A stretch of 64,000 nt of DNA from Alphaproteobacteria bacterium (GCA_030680745.1 JAUXUR010000026.1:1899-65898); one strand, 5' to 3'; numbered from the stretch's first letter, positions 19,064-28,859 are shown. Numbers and translations: made by a program. Notes: generated from the letters alone by a model not told the origin.

Positions 19064-19408
19064 TTATTTCACCGACATGGGTCGTGGCTCGTCACTCATT
19101 TTCATGGTTGGTGTTGTTGCTTTTGTTGCATCGTTCTTTTTATCGTCTTTTTTCGATGGCCATATCCAATGCCAAGCGGCGCTAAATCCATTGCCGATCG
19201 CGCTGCCAACATAAACAGCACCGTCTTTGATGGAAGTGCCTACCCACATGGCTTTATCCTTAATCCAACCCCATACACCTTTAGATTCTTCTTTTGCTGT
19301 TTCTACTTTTTGTGTTGTAGGTTGATCAGCTACTGTTACTGATATCGGTCCTACGACTAGAAAAAAAACAGCGAATAATGTCATTAAAATTGTTGATGCC
19401 TTGGTCAT
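19064..19408 (-). CDS. Small exported protein, unknown function
   Basis: Signal or TM N-terminus (STILMTLFAVFFLVVGPISVTVA), a strong AGGAGG RBS upstream, and a terminator downstream. Confidence 0.65.
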   Translation of the reverse strand: MTKASTILMTLFAVFFLVVGPISVTVADQPTTQKVETAKEESKGVWGWIKDKAMWVGTSIKDGAVYVGSAIGNGFSAAWHWIWPSKKDDKKNDATKATTPTMKMSDEPRPMSVK

Positions 19409-19569
19409 TTCTTCCTCCTAAATTTATCGCTATCTTGTTTAGATTCACATGAACCATTCATGTCTTCTTAAACCTAGTATAGGATATAAAGGTTAAGAAT
19501 TTATTAAGAGGAAAAGATGAGGATTAATATTAGATAGATGTATTAACTGTGATTTTTGAAGGGGAGGAA

Positions 19570-19590
19570 GTGACTCCTGACAGGAGTCAC
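19570..19590. terminator. Hairpin downstream of the SBP gene (GTGACTCCTG-A-CAGGAGTCAC)
   Basis: Near-perfect 10-bp palindrome 14 nt beyond the stop at 19605. No convincing T-run on the minus strand. Confidence 0.3.
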
Positions 19591-19604
19591 TTTAAAAAAA
19601 AGAT

Positions 19605-21221
19605 TTATTTTTTAATACTAAGGTTTTTTGAGTAGACTATATCCAATGAATTGTGTTCGTATCCCTCAACCCATGGTTTTACAAGTCGTTTGGTTACAGA
19701 GTGAAAAATGGGAAGAAGAGCGTGGCTTTCTAATGCCATTTTACTAAGATTGTATAGGCTTTCTTCTCTTTCTTGTGATTCAGCAGATGCCATCGCTTTT
19801 TTATATAGATCGTCATAAGCTGTGCAATTATACCCGCTTGTATTCATGCCTGAATAAGAGAGATAAAGTTGCGTAAAGCTAAATGGGTCAAAATAATCAA
19901 GATTCCAAAAATTACGAAAGGCTTCAGTGACTTGTTTTAGTTGACGATTTTGAAGAAATACTTTGAGTTCTTCGTTAACAAGGTGTGTTTTAACGCCTAA
20001 ATCTTTCCACATGGTTGAAATGGCTAAAACTAGTTTTTTGTGATTATCATTCGTGTCGTAGCGTAATTCAACTTCAAGTGGTTTTTCTTTAGAGTAGCCA
20101 GCTTCCTTGTATAATTTTTTGGCGAGCTTTAATCGTTCTGCTTGCGTCATGTTTTTGTAAGAAAAAGAAGGTGCATTAATTTCTTTGATAGAAGGGTCAA
20201 CCCAAGAATAAGCTGGAATTTCACCGGTTTTAGTAATACGTTCGCAGATAAATTCTCGATTAATGGCAAGAGATAAAGCTTCACGAAGCTTAAGATTATC
20301 TTTAAAGGGTGGTCGTGTTAAATTGAACCCTATGCCTGCTGTTGTAAGGTAAGAACCGCCTTTAAATTCGTTTGGAAAATTTTTACGCACGAAATCATAT
20401 TGTGAATCAGGGATGATATAGGTGAAATCGATATCGTTAGCGCGATAAAGTTTAAACAAAGCATTTTGATCTTCGATGGGGTAAAAAGAAACATTCGTTA
20501 ATTTTACGTTTTCCTGGTCCCAATAATGCGGATTTTTTTTAAGTAAAATTTTGCTTTGGGGTTGCCATTCCTCAAGTGTAAAGGCGCCATTAGAAACCAT
20601 AATGCCAGGTTTTGCAAAGTTTTGGCCATATTTTTCTATTTGAGAAGGCAAAAGAGGAAAGAAAATGCTATGTGTTAAAAGGTTTAAAAAATAAGGATAG
20701 GGATTGCGGAGTGTAACTTCAAAGGTATAGGGATCGATTGCTTTGATGCCTAAATCATCAATTTTTTTTGTGCCTTTTACAATTTCTTCAGCATTTTCAA
20801 TTATATAGATAAGGTCTGCTTTGGGCGAAGTGGTTTTAGGGTCAAGGGCACGTTTCCAACCAAAAACGAAATGTTCAGCCGTGACAGGTGTTCCATCAGA
20901 CCATTTCGCGTCATGTCGAAGGTGAAAAGTATATTTTTTGCGATCTTCACTGATGTCCCATTTTGTTGCAACACCAGGTAATGCTTCATTATCTGCAGAG
21001 GCATTTGTAAGCCCTTCATATAAATCACGCAAAACACTTAAGGGGTGTATGCCTAAAGCAACATGTGGATCAAGAGTGTCTGGTGATGATTGAATACTTC
21101 TACGTAAATGTTGTGTAGAATGTGTTTCTGAGGCAAACGAATCACGCAATGATTGAAAGCTGCAATAACACGTTAAAACTATAAGGGTTAGGCTCAATTT
21201 TGCCAAAACTCGCTTATGCAT
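19605..21221 (-). CDS. ABC-transporter substrate-binding protein, family 5 (OppA/DppA-like), with no adjacent permease or ATPase genes
   Basis: 538 aa with a signal peptide. Typical family-5 N-terminal region (LDPH...L.RDLYEGL...PGVA..W..S.D...YTF.LR....WSDG.P.TA.DF). Confidence 0.85.
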   Translation of the reverse strand: MHKRVLAKLSLTLIVLTCYCSFQSLRDSFASETHSTQHLRRSIQSSPDTLDPHVALGIHPLSVLRDLYEGLTNASADNEALPGVATKWDISEDRKKYTFHLRHDAKWSDGTPVTAEHFVFGWKRALDPKTTSPKADLIYIIENAEEIVKGTKKIDDLGIKAIDPYTFEVTLRNPYPYFLNLLTHSIFFPLLPSQIEKYGQNFAKPGIMVSNGAFTLEEWQPQSKILLKKNPHYWDQENVKLTNVSFYPIEDQNALFKLYRANDIDFTYIIPDSQYDFVRKNFPNEFKGGSYLTTAGIGFNLTRPPFKDNLKLREALSLAINREFICERITKTGEIPAYSWVDPSIKEINAPSFSYKNMTQAERLKLAKKLYKEAGYSKEKPLEVELRYDTNDNHKKLVLAISTMWKDLGVKTHLVNEELKVFLQNRQLKQVTEAFRNFWNLDYFDPFSFTQLYLSYSGMNTSGYNCTAYDDLYKKAMASAESQEREESLYNLSKMALESHALLPIFHSVTKRLVKPWVEGYEHNSLDIVYSKNLSIKK

Positions 21222-21513
21222 TCTGCCTCCGTATAAGGTTCAATGTTAAGGGGACACGTTAGCTTCAAACTACGCATAAGTCTTATACCAAAAAACAAAG
21301 ATTATTGCAAATGTTTTTTTTATTTTTTTAATAAAAAAATTATGAATTTTTTTCTATAAATATACTTTGTGTTACATATTTTTATTAAAATATATTTAAG
21401 TAATTCTTTTAAAAGGATTGCTGCCATATTTTGATTTAAGGCTCATTTTGTTTTCCTAAGAAAAATAATTAAACTCTATCTTGCGCAAAAAGCAGCTTTG
21501 ATGTCTAATCAGA

Positions 21514-24500
21514 ATGCAATTCACTATTTGGGAGCCTAATGTGTCTGAAAGATTTAAAGTTGTTTCATCAGAAAATAATTCATTTTGCCACGTCTGTGGG
21601 GCAATTATTTCTTTAAAATTTAGTTTTTGTCCCTCATGTGGTGCAGAAATCGCTAAGCCATTAGTAAAGGTAGTGCCAGCAGATGACGTGCCAATGCCTG
21701 TTGATATGCCATATGATCCGAATAATGTTGCCCAGCTTCCTTTTACCGAAGAGCGTCAAGTAACAATTTTACGTGTAAAATTTTTAAATAAAGCGATATT
21801 AGATGAATCAAAAAAATCATTAATTAAAACATCGATTTATGAACGGTCGGGCTTATTTGATTATTTGAGCGATGATGGTTTTGTTGCTTATTATGGTTAT
21901 CCAAAAGTTAATAAAGATGATGCGAAACACGCCATTGATGCATTGCTCAAAATCTTTTTAACGTTGTCTGTACAGGATAGAAATTCTATGCAGTTTGTCG
22001 TTAATACGGGGTCAGCTGTTATTACTGAAAAAGGTAGTGATGATAAGCCGCAAAAAATGCATGGTCGTGTTTTTGATGAAGCGGAGGAAATGATAAAATT
22101 TTCGCCCGTTGGTGCAATAATAATAAGTCAAGTAACAAACAAATTAACGCATAATTATTTTGAAACTTTTTCACTGGGTGAACATTTTTTCGATAAATAC
22201 AAAACGTCCTTTGAGCTTATTAAAGTTGTTTCAAAAAAACATTCTTCGGATTCTTTGTTAGGTGATTTAACGCCCCTTACTGGTAGGGTTAGAGAGCTTA
22301 ATAAGGTTGTAGACAATTGGACGCAAGTGAAACAAAAAATACCTAAAATCGTCCTTATTTCAGGCGAAGCAGGTATTGGTAAATCACGTATTGTTCAGGC
22401 ATTTAAAGACAGTTTAGATCCAGATGAAGTTTTGTGGTTTCAAGGTATATGTAACCATGTAACACAAAATAGTGCCTTTTATACATTAACAGATTTATGG
22501 CTTAGGTATAACGAGCTTAATGTAGCGTCTAGTGATGAAGACCTTATCAATATTGCGTCCGATTCTGCTGAAAGATTGGGATTGCCTCAAAAAGAATTAT
22601 TGCCGCTTCTTTATAATTTAATGTCAATGGAAGGACGATCACTTACTGATTCAGCCCAGAACTTATCTGTTGGTGATTTAAAAGACAAAATATCAGCGTC
22701 TGTCGTTTCCTGGCTTCAAATGCGTAGCAATGATAAGCCTGTTGTTTTTGTTATCGAAGATTTACATTTTGCAGATCCATCAACCTTAGATCTTTTAAAC
22801 TATCTTGTTCAAAATCTTGGGTCTCACCGTATTATGGTGCTTTTAACCTTCCGTCCAGAATATCAACCTTCCTGGATTAAGAATTCTAATATAACGCACA
22901 TTAATTTGAATCGCTTAACGCCCAATGAAACGAAAACGATGGTTCAAGGGCTGCTTGGCTTTAAAACTGTTCCTAATGAAGTAGTAGAGTATATTGTTTC
23001 AAAAACGGATGGTATTCCTCTTTTTGTTGAAGAGCTTGCGCTTGCGCTCGTTGAAACGGGTGCTCTTATTCTTGAAGATGGCAAATATGTTTTTAAAGGC
23101 TCTTTAACAAGCCTAACAATTCCGTCAACATTACGTGATTCTTTAACAGCACGACTTGATTTACTTGGCAAAGCTAAATCATTGGCTCAATTATCTTCAG
23201 TTTTTGGACGCACATTATCCTTAAATTACTTACGCATTTTATCGGGTTATGATGATGCACGTTTACAAGAATATTTGAAGCAGCTTGTGAATGCTGGGGT
23301 TTTAGTTGAAAATGAAACGCCATCTGATGTTTTGTATGTATTTAAACATGCATTGATTCAAGAAACGGCCTATTTATCAATTCCAAAGTCTAAAAGATAT
23401 GCCTATCATGCTGAAGTTGCTGAAATGTATGAAAAGCATTTTCCAGGTATGGTTTTAACGCATCCAGAAATTATTGCGTTGCATTATACGCAAGCAGGAT
23501 TTATTGATCAAGCAGCTCAATATTGGTTAATGGCTGGTAATCGCGCAAATAAATATTCTACACATCATGAAGCGATTGCGCATTTAGAAAAAGGTATTGA
23601 ATTGATCGGCATGCTCCCTCCTGGGCAGGGTCGTGATATTCGTGAATTACCCTTACGTGCAGCGATTTGTGTTCCTCTTATGGCGCTTAAAGGTGCTGGT
23701 GCTGATGAAGTTGAAAAAGCCCTTTTGAAAGCTTACAATCTATGCCAAAAGACAAGTGATACAGTTTACTTGATTCCTATCCTCAGAGGATTACAGCAAT
23801 TTTTTGTTATTCGTGGTCCTTTAAGTACCTCACGAAAATATGCAGAGCAATTGCTTGGTATGGCACGTCAACTTCAAGATCAGGCTTTAAAACTTGAGGC
23901 TTATCGTGCATTAGGTCATACGCTTTTATTTCAAGGTGACTTCAAGCAGGGCAAAAAATATCTAGATCGATCAATTGAAATTTATGATCCAGTCTTGCAT
24001 AAAGAACATGCTTTTATTTTTGGCACTGGCGCAAATCCAAAAGTTGCTGGGCTTTCAATTTTAGCTTGGAATAACTTAATCCTGGGTTCCGTTGAATTGG
24101 CGTTAACGCAGATACAAGAAGCTATTGATTACGCAAATGATCTGAACTATCCGTTTGATATTTGTTATGCTTATAGTGTCGCTGCAGCTTTTTTTCAAAC
24201 CCTTAAAGACATTGAAAAAACAGAAAAATATGCAAAACTTGCTGTTGAATTTGCAACAGAAAGAAAGTTTATGTATTGGAAAAGTTGGAGCCAAGTTATT
24301 TTAGGTTGGGCACAAATTATGAAAGCTCAAAAATCTAAAACAGGCGCTGATTTTATAAATGAAGCAAAAATCCATATTAAAGAAATGGAAGAAGGCATCG
24401 TTGAATATCGTGCTACAAGATCGGAGCAAGGTGTTCCATATCAGCTTGCCATGCTTGCACAAGTTAAAACTTTGGTTGGTGATGCTGACGAGGCTCTTAG

Positions 24501-24837
24501 ATTAACGGATGAAGCGCTTCTTTGTGGTGAAAAACTTGATATTCATATGTATGACAGTCATATTTTTAGGGTAAAGGCAGAAATTCATGCGCTGCAAAAA
24601 GGAAGTGAAAAAATTGCGGAAAGCTTATTCCGTGAATCTTTGACGATTGCAAAAAATAGTGAGTCTAAGTTTTTTGAAGCATCCACTTATGTATCTTTTT
24701 ATGAGTTTATGAAAACATGCAATCGAGAAAAAGAAATCATACCAGAGATGGATATTCTTTATAATAGCTTTACAGAAGGTTTTACTGTTGCGCCTAATCT
24801 TATTGCTATCCATAAATTTATTCAACAATCTAAATAA
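21514..24837 (+). CDS. Multidomain STAND-type NTPase: N-terminal zinc ribbon, degenerate class III cyclase-like domain, AAA_16 P-loop, C-terminal TPR-like helical repeats
   Basis: CHVCGAIISLKFSFCPSCG zinc ribbon. ERQVTILRVKFLN aligns to the cyclase ERR.VTVLF.D motif with the metal-binding Asp replaced. Walker A GEAGIGKSR and Walker B VVFVIEDLHFAD. Long helical C-terminus. Confidence 0.8.
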   Translation: MQFTIWEPNVSERFKVVSSENNSFCHVCGAIISLKFSFCPSCGAEIAKPLVKVVPADDVPMPVDMPYDPNNVAQLPFTEERQVTILRVKFLNKAILDESKKSLIKTSIYERSGLFDYLSDDGFVAYYGYPKVNKDDAKHAIDALLKIFLTLSVQDRNSMQFVVNTGSAVITEKGSDDKPQKMHGRVFDEAEEMIKFSPVGAIIISQVTNKLTHNYFETFSLGEHFFDKYKTSFELIKVVSKKHSSDSLLGDLTPLTGRVRELNKVVDNWTQVKQKIPKIVLISGEAGIGKSRIVQAFKDSLDPDEVLWFQGICNHVTQNSAFYTLTDLWLRYNELNVASSDEDLINIASDSAERLGLPQKELLPLLYNLMSMEGRSLTDSAQNLSVGDLKDKISASVVSWLQMRSNDKPVVFVIEDLHFADPSTLDLLNYLVQNLGSHRIMVLLTFRPEYQPSWIKNSNITHINLNRLTPNETKTMVQGLLGFKTVPNEVVEYIVSKTDGIPLFVEELALALVETGALILEDGKYVFKGSLTSLTIPSTLRDSLTARLDLLGKAKSLAQLSSVFGRTLSLNYLRILSGYDDARLQEYLKQLVNAGVLVENETPSDVLYVFKHALIQETAYLSIPKSKRYAYHAEVAEMYEKHFPGMVLTHPEIIALHYTQAGFIDQAAQYWLMAGNRANKYSTHHEAIAHLEKGIELIGMLPPGQGRDIRELPLRAAICVPLMALKGAGADEVEKALLKAYNLCQKTSDTVYLIPILRGLQQFFVIRGPLSTSRKYAEQLLGMARQLQDQALKLEAYRALGHTLLFQGDFKQGKKYLDRSIEIYDPVLHKEHAFIFGTGANPKVAGLSILAWNNLILGSVELALTQIQEAIDYANDLNYPFDICYAYSVAAAFFQTLKDIEKTEKYAKLAVEFATERKFMYWKSWSQVILGWAQIMKAQKSKTGADFINEAKIHIKEMEEGIVEYRATRSEQGVPYQLAMLAQVKTLVGDADEALRLTDEALLCGEKLDIHMYDSHIFRVKAEIHALQKGSEKIAESLFRESLTIAKNSESKFFEASTYVSFYEFMKTCNREKEIIPEMDILYNSFTEGFTVAPNLIAIHKFIQQSK

Positions 24838-24851
24838 GCGAATCAAGAGAG

Positions 24852-24880
24852 GGGAGGGGCTTGTTCCCTCCTGTTTTCTT
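24852..24880 (+). terminator. Rho-independent terminator of the STAND gene
   Basis: GGAGGG-GCTTGTT-CCCTCC stem-loop followed by TGTTTTCTT, 15 nt after the stop. Confidence 0.6.
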
Positions 24881-24965
24881 AGTCTTAGTTCATGAATAAA
24901 GTACTTGTGTGATTTTCTTATAAATGTCATTTTAAGACAGTTTTATTAAAACTGCATTTTAAGGA

Positions 24966-25868
24966 ATGTGCATTATCGTGATAGAAATTTTAGGTCATAA
25001 TCATAATAAGTTAATATTGGAAAATGCTTTTGCGCATGAACAGATGCCACATGCATGGCTTTTTACAGGACCTAGAGGGGTTGGCAAGGCAAGTCTTGCC
25101 GTAAATTTTGTCAGAAATATATTGCAAAAAGATAATGAAACTGATTTATCTGCGCATCCCCATTTTTTTCAGCTTAGATCAGAGGATGCGAGTATAAATA
25201 TTGAGGATGTTCGAAAGTTAATAGATTTTTTAAACTTAACCTCTTTTAATGCGCAATATCGTTTTTGTCTTATTGATACAATTGATGCACTTAATATTAA
25301 TGCAAGCAATGCGCTTTTGAAAATATTAGAAGACCCGCCTGAAAAAACAATTTTTTTTCTAATATCGCACAAGCCATATAGTGTTTTAAAGACAATCAAA
25401 TCAAGATGTGTTCAATTGAGATTTCACTATCTGTCTTATGAAACAACAAAAGACATTATAGAATCAAAAATGCCGTCTATTTTACCTTTTTATGCGTCTT
25501 TATATGATCTTTTAAAAGGAGTGCCAGGACAATTTTTGACACTCGAAAAATATCAAGGGATAGATTTATTTAAAAATCTTCAAACTTTGTTGAATAAAAA
25601 TGAAGTTGATTTTATTAATTTCGGTGTACTTATTCAGAAAATAATTGAAGTGCCTCCTTTATATGAAATTTTTAAATCTCTTTTTATGAGTTTGCAAGTT
25701 CAAAAAAATAAAGATTTAATTTGTAAATCTTCTTGCTTTTCTAATATAGAATATAAAAGAAATCAATGTATTGCGTCATTACCAGAAAAATTTTATAAAA
25801 CTGAAATATTGCATTTGGACAAAAGCCTTGTCTTTTTAGAAAGTTATTCTACTTTTGTAAATAGATAG
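24966..25868 (+). CDS. holB: DNA polymerase III subunit delta'
   Basis: MPHAWLFTGPRGVGKASLA P-loop-like motif, NALLKILEDPPEKTIFFLISH and SRC sensor motif (KSRCVQLRF). Confidence 0.85.
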   Translation: MCIIVIEILGHNHNKLILENAFAHEQMPHAWLFTGPRGVGKASLAVNFVRNILQKDNETDLSAHPHFFQLRSEDASINIEDVRKLIDFLNLTSFNAQYRFCLIDTIDALNINASNALLKILEDPPEKTIFFLISHKPYSVLKTIKSRCVQLRFHYLSYETTKDIIESKMPSILPFYASLYDLLKGVPGQFLTLEKYQGIDLFKNLQTLLNKNEVDFINFGVLIQKIIEVPPLYEIFKSLFMSLQVQKNKDLICKSSCFSNIEYKRNQCIASLPEKFYKTEILHLDKSLVFLESYSTFVNR

Positions 25869-25924
25869 CAAAAACATTAGAAAAATTTTTTTTATTCGAA
25901 ATTAAGAATAATTTCTTTTTTTTG

Positions 25925-25953
25925 TTGACATATCTATTGTTATTTACTACACT
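25925..25953 (+). promoter_or_regulatory. Candidate sigma-70 promoter for mucR
   Basis: TTGACA (25925-25930), 17-nt spacer, TACACT (25948-25953), about 40 nt upstream of the ATG. Chance matches are common in AT-rich DNA. Confidence 0.35.
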
Positions 25954-25991
25954 TTCATAAGTGTTAAACATTAATTGTAAGGATAAATGAA

Positions 25992-26435
25992 ATGAATGAA
26001 TTTTATGTAGACGACATCAAGCCCAAGTTAGAAGCTGACAGCGACATGCTCAAAATGTCGTCTGGGATAGCTTCTGCTTATTTAAGCAATAACATATTAC
26101 CTGCAGAACAAATTGCAGATGTTATTCGAACCATTTACGATTCTTTGCGCCAAATTGAGGCGGGTTTTGAAGATGGTGTGTATAACAAAGACCAACGACC
26201 AGCAGTTCCCATCAAAAAATCTATTACTGATGATTATATTATTTGTTTAGAAGATGGCAAAAAACTCAAAATGTTGAAACGTCATATTCGTACAGCGTAC
26301 AAATTATCTCCTGAAGAATATCGTGCAAAATGGGGTTTACCGTCGGATTATCCTATGGTTGCACCGAATTACGCTATTCGACGTTCACAATTTGCTAAAG
26401 ATATCGGATTAGGACGTAAAAGAAACCAAGGGTAA
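25992..26435 (+). CDS. mucR: MucR/Ros family zinc-finger transcriptional regulator
   Basis: ITDDYIICLEDGKKLKMLKRHIRTAYKLSPEEYRAKWGLPSDYPMVAPNYA..RS..AK is the characteristic Ros/MucR C-terminal domain. Confidence 0.9.
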   Translation: MNEFYVDDIKPKLEADSDMLKMSSGIASAYLSNNILPAEQIADVIRTIYDSLRQIEAGFEDGVYNKDQRPAVPIKKSITDDYIICLEDGKKLKMLKRHIRTAYKLSPEEYRAKWGLPSDYPMVAPNYAIRRSQFAKDIGLGRKRNQG

Positions 26436-26739
26436 AATTTTGTTTTTATATTTTAAAGTGTACTATTTTAATATACTTTTCGTCTTTCAGACGGCTAGGG
26501 TTCTTAAGTTATTATAGCTTAAGAGTATAAGGTGCTATATGGGTAACCCCGTATGACATACCTAGTCGTTTGTTGCGATGATTCTTTCAAAATTATATAT
26601 TTTCTTAAATTCTTTTTCCCTCTTTTAAAATCTCCCTAACAATTATTCAAAATCTATCGTTTTCCTTTACAATTGAATGTGCGTTGTTAATCAAGACTAA
26701 ATTATGTATATTTAATTGCAATGATATCGAGATATAAGC

Positions 26740-27909
26740 ATGATGCCCATAATTCCAAAGCCAAAACAAAAACCATTATGTCCTTTTTTTTCCTCTGGTC
26801 CCACGTCTAAAAGACCAGGTTGGACGGCTGATGTCCTTAAAAATGCGGCGTTGGGACGTTCACATCGATCAATATCGGCAAAAGCTAAAATCAATGAAGT
26901 GCTCCAAAAAACAAGACAGCTTTTGCAAATTCCGGATGATTATTTGATTGCTTTAACACCAGCATCCGATACGGGTGCATTTGAAACATGTCTGTGGTCA
27001 TTGTTAGGTCCAAAGCCAGTCGATGTTCTTGTCTGGGATGTTTTTGGGCAGGTTTGGCAAGTCGATATTACGACCCAATTAAAACTACCTGATGTTTGTA
27101 TTATTGAAGGTCCAAAAGGTTATTTGCCAGATTTCAAACAAACCAATTCAAACCACGATATTGTTTTTTGTTGGAATGGAACGACTTCTGGTCTTATCGT
27201 GCCAGATAGCAATTGGATTGCAGAAAATAGAGAAGGGCTCACTTTATGTGATATTACGTCTGCTGTTTTTGCCGTCGATATTCCATGGCATAAATTGGAT
27301 GCATCAAGTTTTTCATGGCAAAAATGCATGGGCGGAGAGGCACAACATGGCATTCTTGTGCTGAGTCCAAAAGCCCAAAAAAGACTTGAGTCTTATACAC
27401 CTCTTTGGCCAATGCCGCGCCTTTTTAGATTGACTCAAAATGGTAAAATTAATAGAAAAATCTTTGAAGGCGACACAATCAATACGCCGTCTCTTCTGGT
27501 TATCGAAGATGCTATTGATGCGCTCAATTGGATGATTTCTATAGGGGGTCTTGAGGCTACGAAAAAACGAAGTGCAACATCGCTCGATATCGTTTCAAAT
27601 TGGGTTAAAGATAAAAACTGGATTGCTTTTAGTGCTCAAAAAATTGAGTCACGTTCACCCACATCAATTTGTCTTAATATAATTGATAAAAAATTCCTGG
27701 TTTTGAATAGGGAAGAACAATTTAGTAAAATTGCTAGGATCGCAAAATTATTAGAAGATGAAAATGTGGCCTTTGATATTAAGGGTCATGCTTTTGGTGA
27801 CCCCTGCATTCGATTGTGGGGAGGTCCAACGATAGATCCAAGTAATATGGCGCTTTTATTACCATGGATTGAGTGGGCTTTTGCTTCAGTTTTTGAAATT
27901 CAGCATTAA
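26740..27909 (+). CDS. serC: Phosphoserine aminotransferase (long alphaproteobacterial type)
   Basis: N-terminal P..PFFSSGPTSKRPGW motif, ~390 aa length, class V aminotransferase layout with a conserved Lys region (SWQKCMGGE). Confidence 0.8.
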   Translation: MMPIIPKPKQKPLCPFFSSGPTSKRPGWTADVLKNAALGRSHRSISAKAKINEVLQKTRQLLQIPDDYLIALTPASDTGAFETCLWSLLGPKPVDVLVWDVFGQVWQVDITTQLKLPDVCIIEGPKGYLPDFKQTNSNHDIVFCWNGTTSGLIVPDSNWIAENREGLTLCDITSAVFAVDIPWHKLDASSFSWQKCMGGEAQHGILVLSPKAQKRLESYTPLWPMPRLFRLTQNGKINRKIFEGDTINTPSLLVIEDAIDALNWMISIGGLEATKKRSATSLDIVSNWVKDKNWIAFSAQKIESRSPTSICLNIIDKKFLVLNREEQFSKIARIAKLLEDENVAFDIKGHAFGDPCIRLWGGPTIDPSNMALLLPWIEWAFASVFEIQH

Positions 27910-28042
27910 TAATCAACGCGTTTCTATTTCCTGAAGATATTTATAATTCGTAAGTTTGTTTCTAGCATTTAAAATGTAATTATTTATTAGTTAATAATAG
28001 TGTATAATAAAATTAGATAATTAAATATAGGGGAGAGAAATC

Positions 28043-28450
28043 ATGTTTAGAAATATTTCAATTTTAATTGCTGCTTTGTTCGTTTTGTCACAAAATGTAT
28101 ATGCAGCTGAAGAGAAAACTGAAATGACAACAGAAGTTACAAAAAAGGATGATACAGGCAGTGTCGTGGAAAAAGACGTTACAACAAAAACTATCAAAAA
28201 AGATGATACAGCTAAGATAGTAAAAAAAGATGCTAAAATAAAAGAAATGAAAAAGAAGGTGGATGAAGTTAAGGTAAAAAAAGATGTAAAAATAAAAGAA
28301 GTGAAAAAGAAGGTGGCGGAAGTTAGGGTAAAAAAAGATGCAAAAATAAAAGAAATGAAAAAGAAGGCGGAGGAAGTTAGGGTAAAAAAAGATGCTAAAA
28401 TAAAAGAAATGAAAAAAGATATGAAGGATCTTAAAGCAAAAAAAGAATAG
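28043..28450 (+). CDS. Secreted lysine-rich repeat protein
   Basis: Signal peptide MFRNISILIAALFVLSQNVYA, GGGGAGAG RBS, and 18-aa tandem repeats VKKDAKIKEMKKKxEEVR. Confidence 0.7.
   Translation: MFRNISILIAALFVLSQNVYAAEEKTEMTTEVTKKDDTGSVVEKDVTTKTIKKDDTAKIVKKDAKIKEMKKKVDEVKVKKDVKIKEVKKKVAEVRVKKDAKIKEMKKKAEEVRVKKDAKIKEMKKDMKDLKAKKE
28220..28417 (+). repeat. 54-bp in-frame tandem repeat, about 3.6 copies
   Basis: Units begin at codons V60, V78, V96 and V114 of the 135-aa ORF. Nucleotide units are near-identical. Confidence 0.85.
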
Positions 28451-28505
28451 AAAAAACTGAAGACGGGGTTGCTACGTTAGGTAGCAATACCATCTGTGCG
28501 CATTC

Positions 28506-28851
28506 AATCTATGGGACAAAAAATGAAATTAAGCCCATTTTTAACTGTCCTGCTCTCACACTCCGCAACTTATTTCTAAGAAGTGAAAACAATTTTTTAC
28601 CAAAAGCCTTCCAAAAGAAGGGTTTTTTTCACCTCTCCCCTTGTGGGAGAGGTCGCGACCAAAGGGAGCGGGTGAGGGGTATTTTACAATTTTGGAGAGA
28701 TGAGTATTTGTTTGGCAATGCTTAGATTATGGCATGATGGTGTTGCTCTTTGTAAACGCTTTAGATACCCCTCACCCGTCGCTGCGCGCCGACCTCTCCC
28801 ACAAGGGGAGATGTAAAAACCGAAGCAATTTCATTTTTTGTTCCGTAGATT
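28506..28851. mobile_element. MITE-like element between convergent genes: 25-bp terminal inverted repeats enclosing copy 2 of the palindromic element
   Basis: AATCTATGGGACAAAAAATGAAATT (28506-28530) versus the reverse complement of 28827-28851 (AATCTACGGAACAAAAAATGAAATT). 28612-28851 is the inverted copy of 10087-10300 plus 11953-11987. Confidence 0.7.
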
Positions 28852-28859
28852 GATTAGGT

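Noticed and set aside
19022-19342. 106-aa plus-strand ORF
   Set aside because: It is antisense to the 114-aa minus-strand ORF, which has a strong AGGAGG RBS, a signal peptide and a terminator. The plus-strand product is Cys/Phe-rich nonsense.
26712-26894. 60-aa minus-strand ORF overlapping the serC start
   Set aside because: It is antisense to the conserved serC N-terminus and has no supporting signals.
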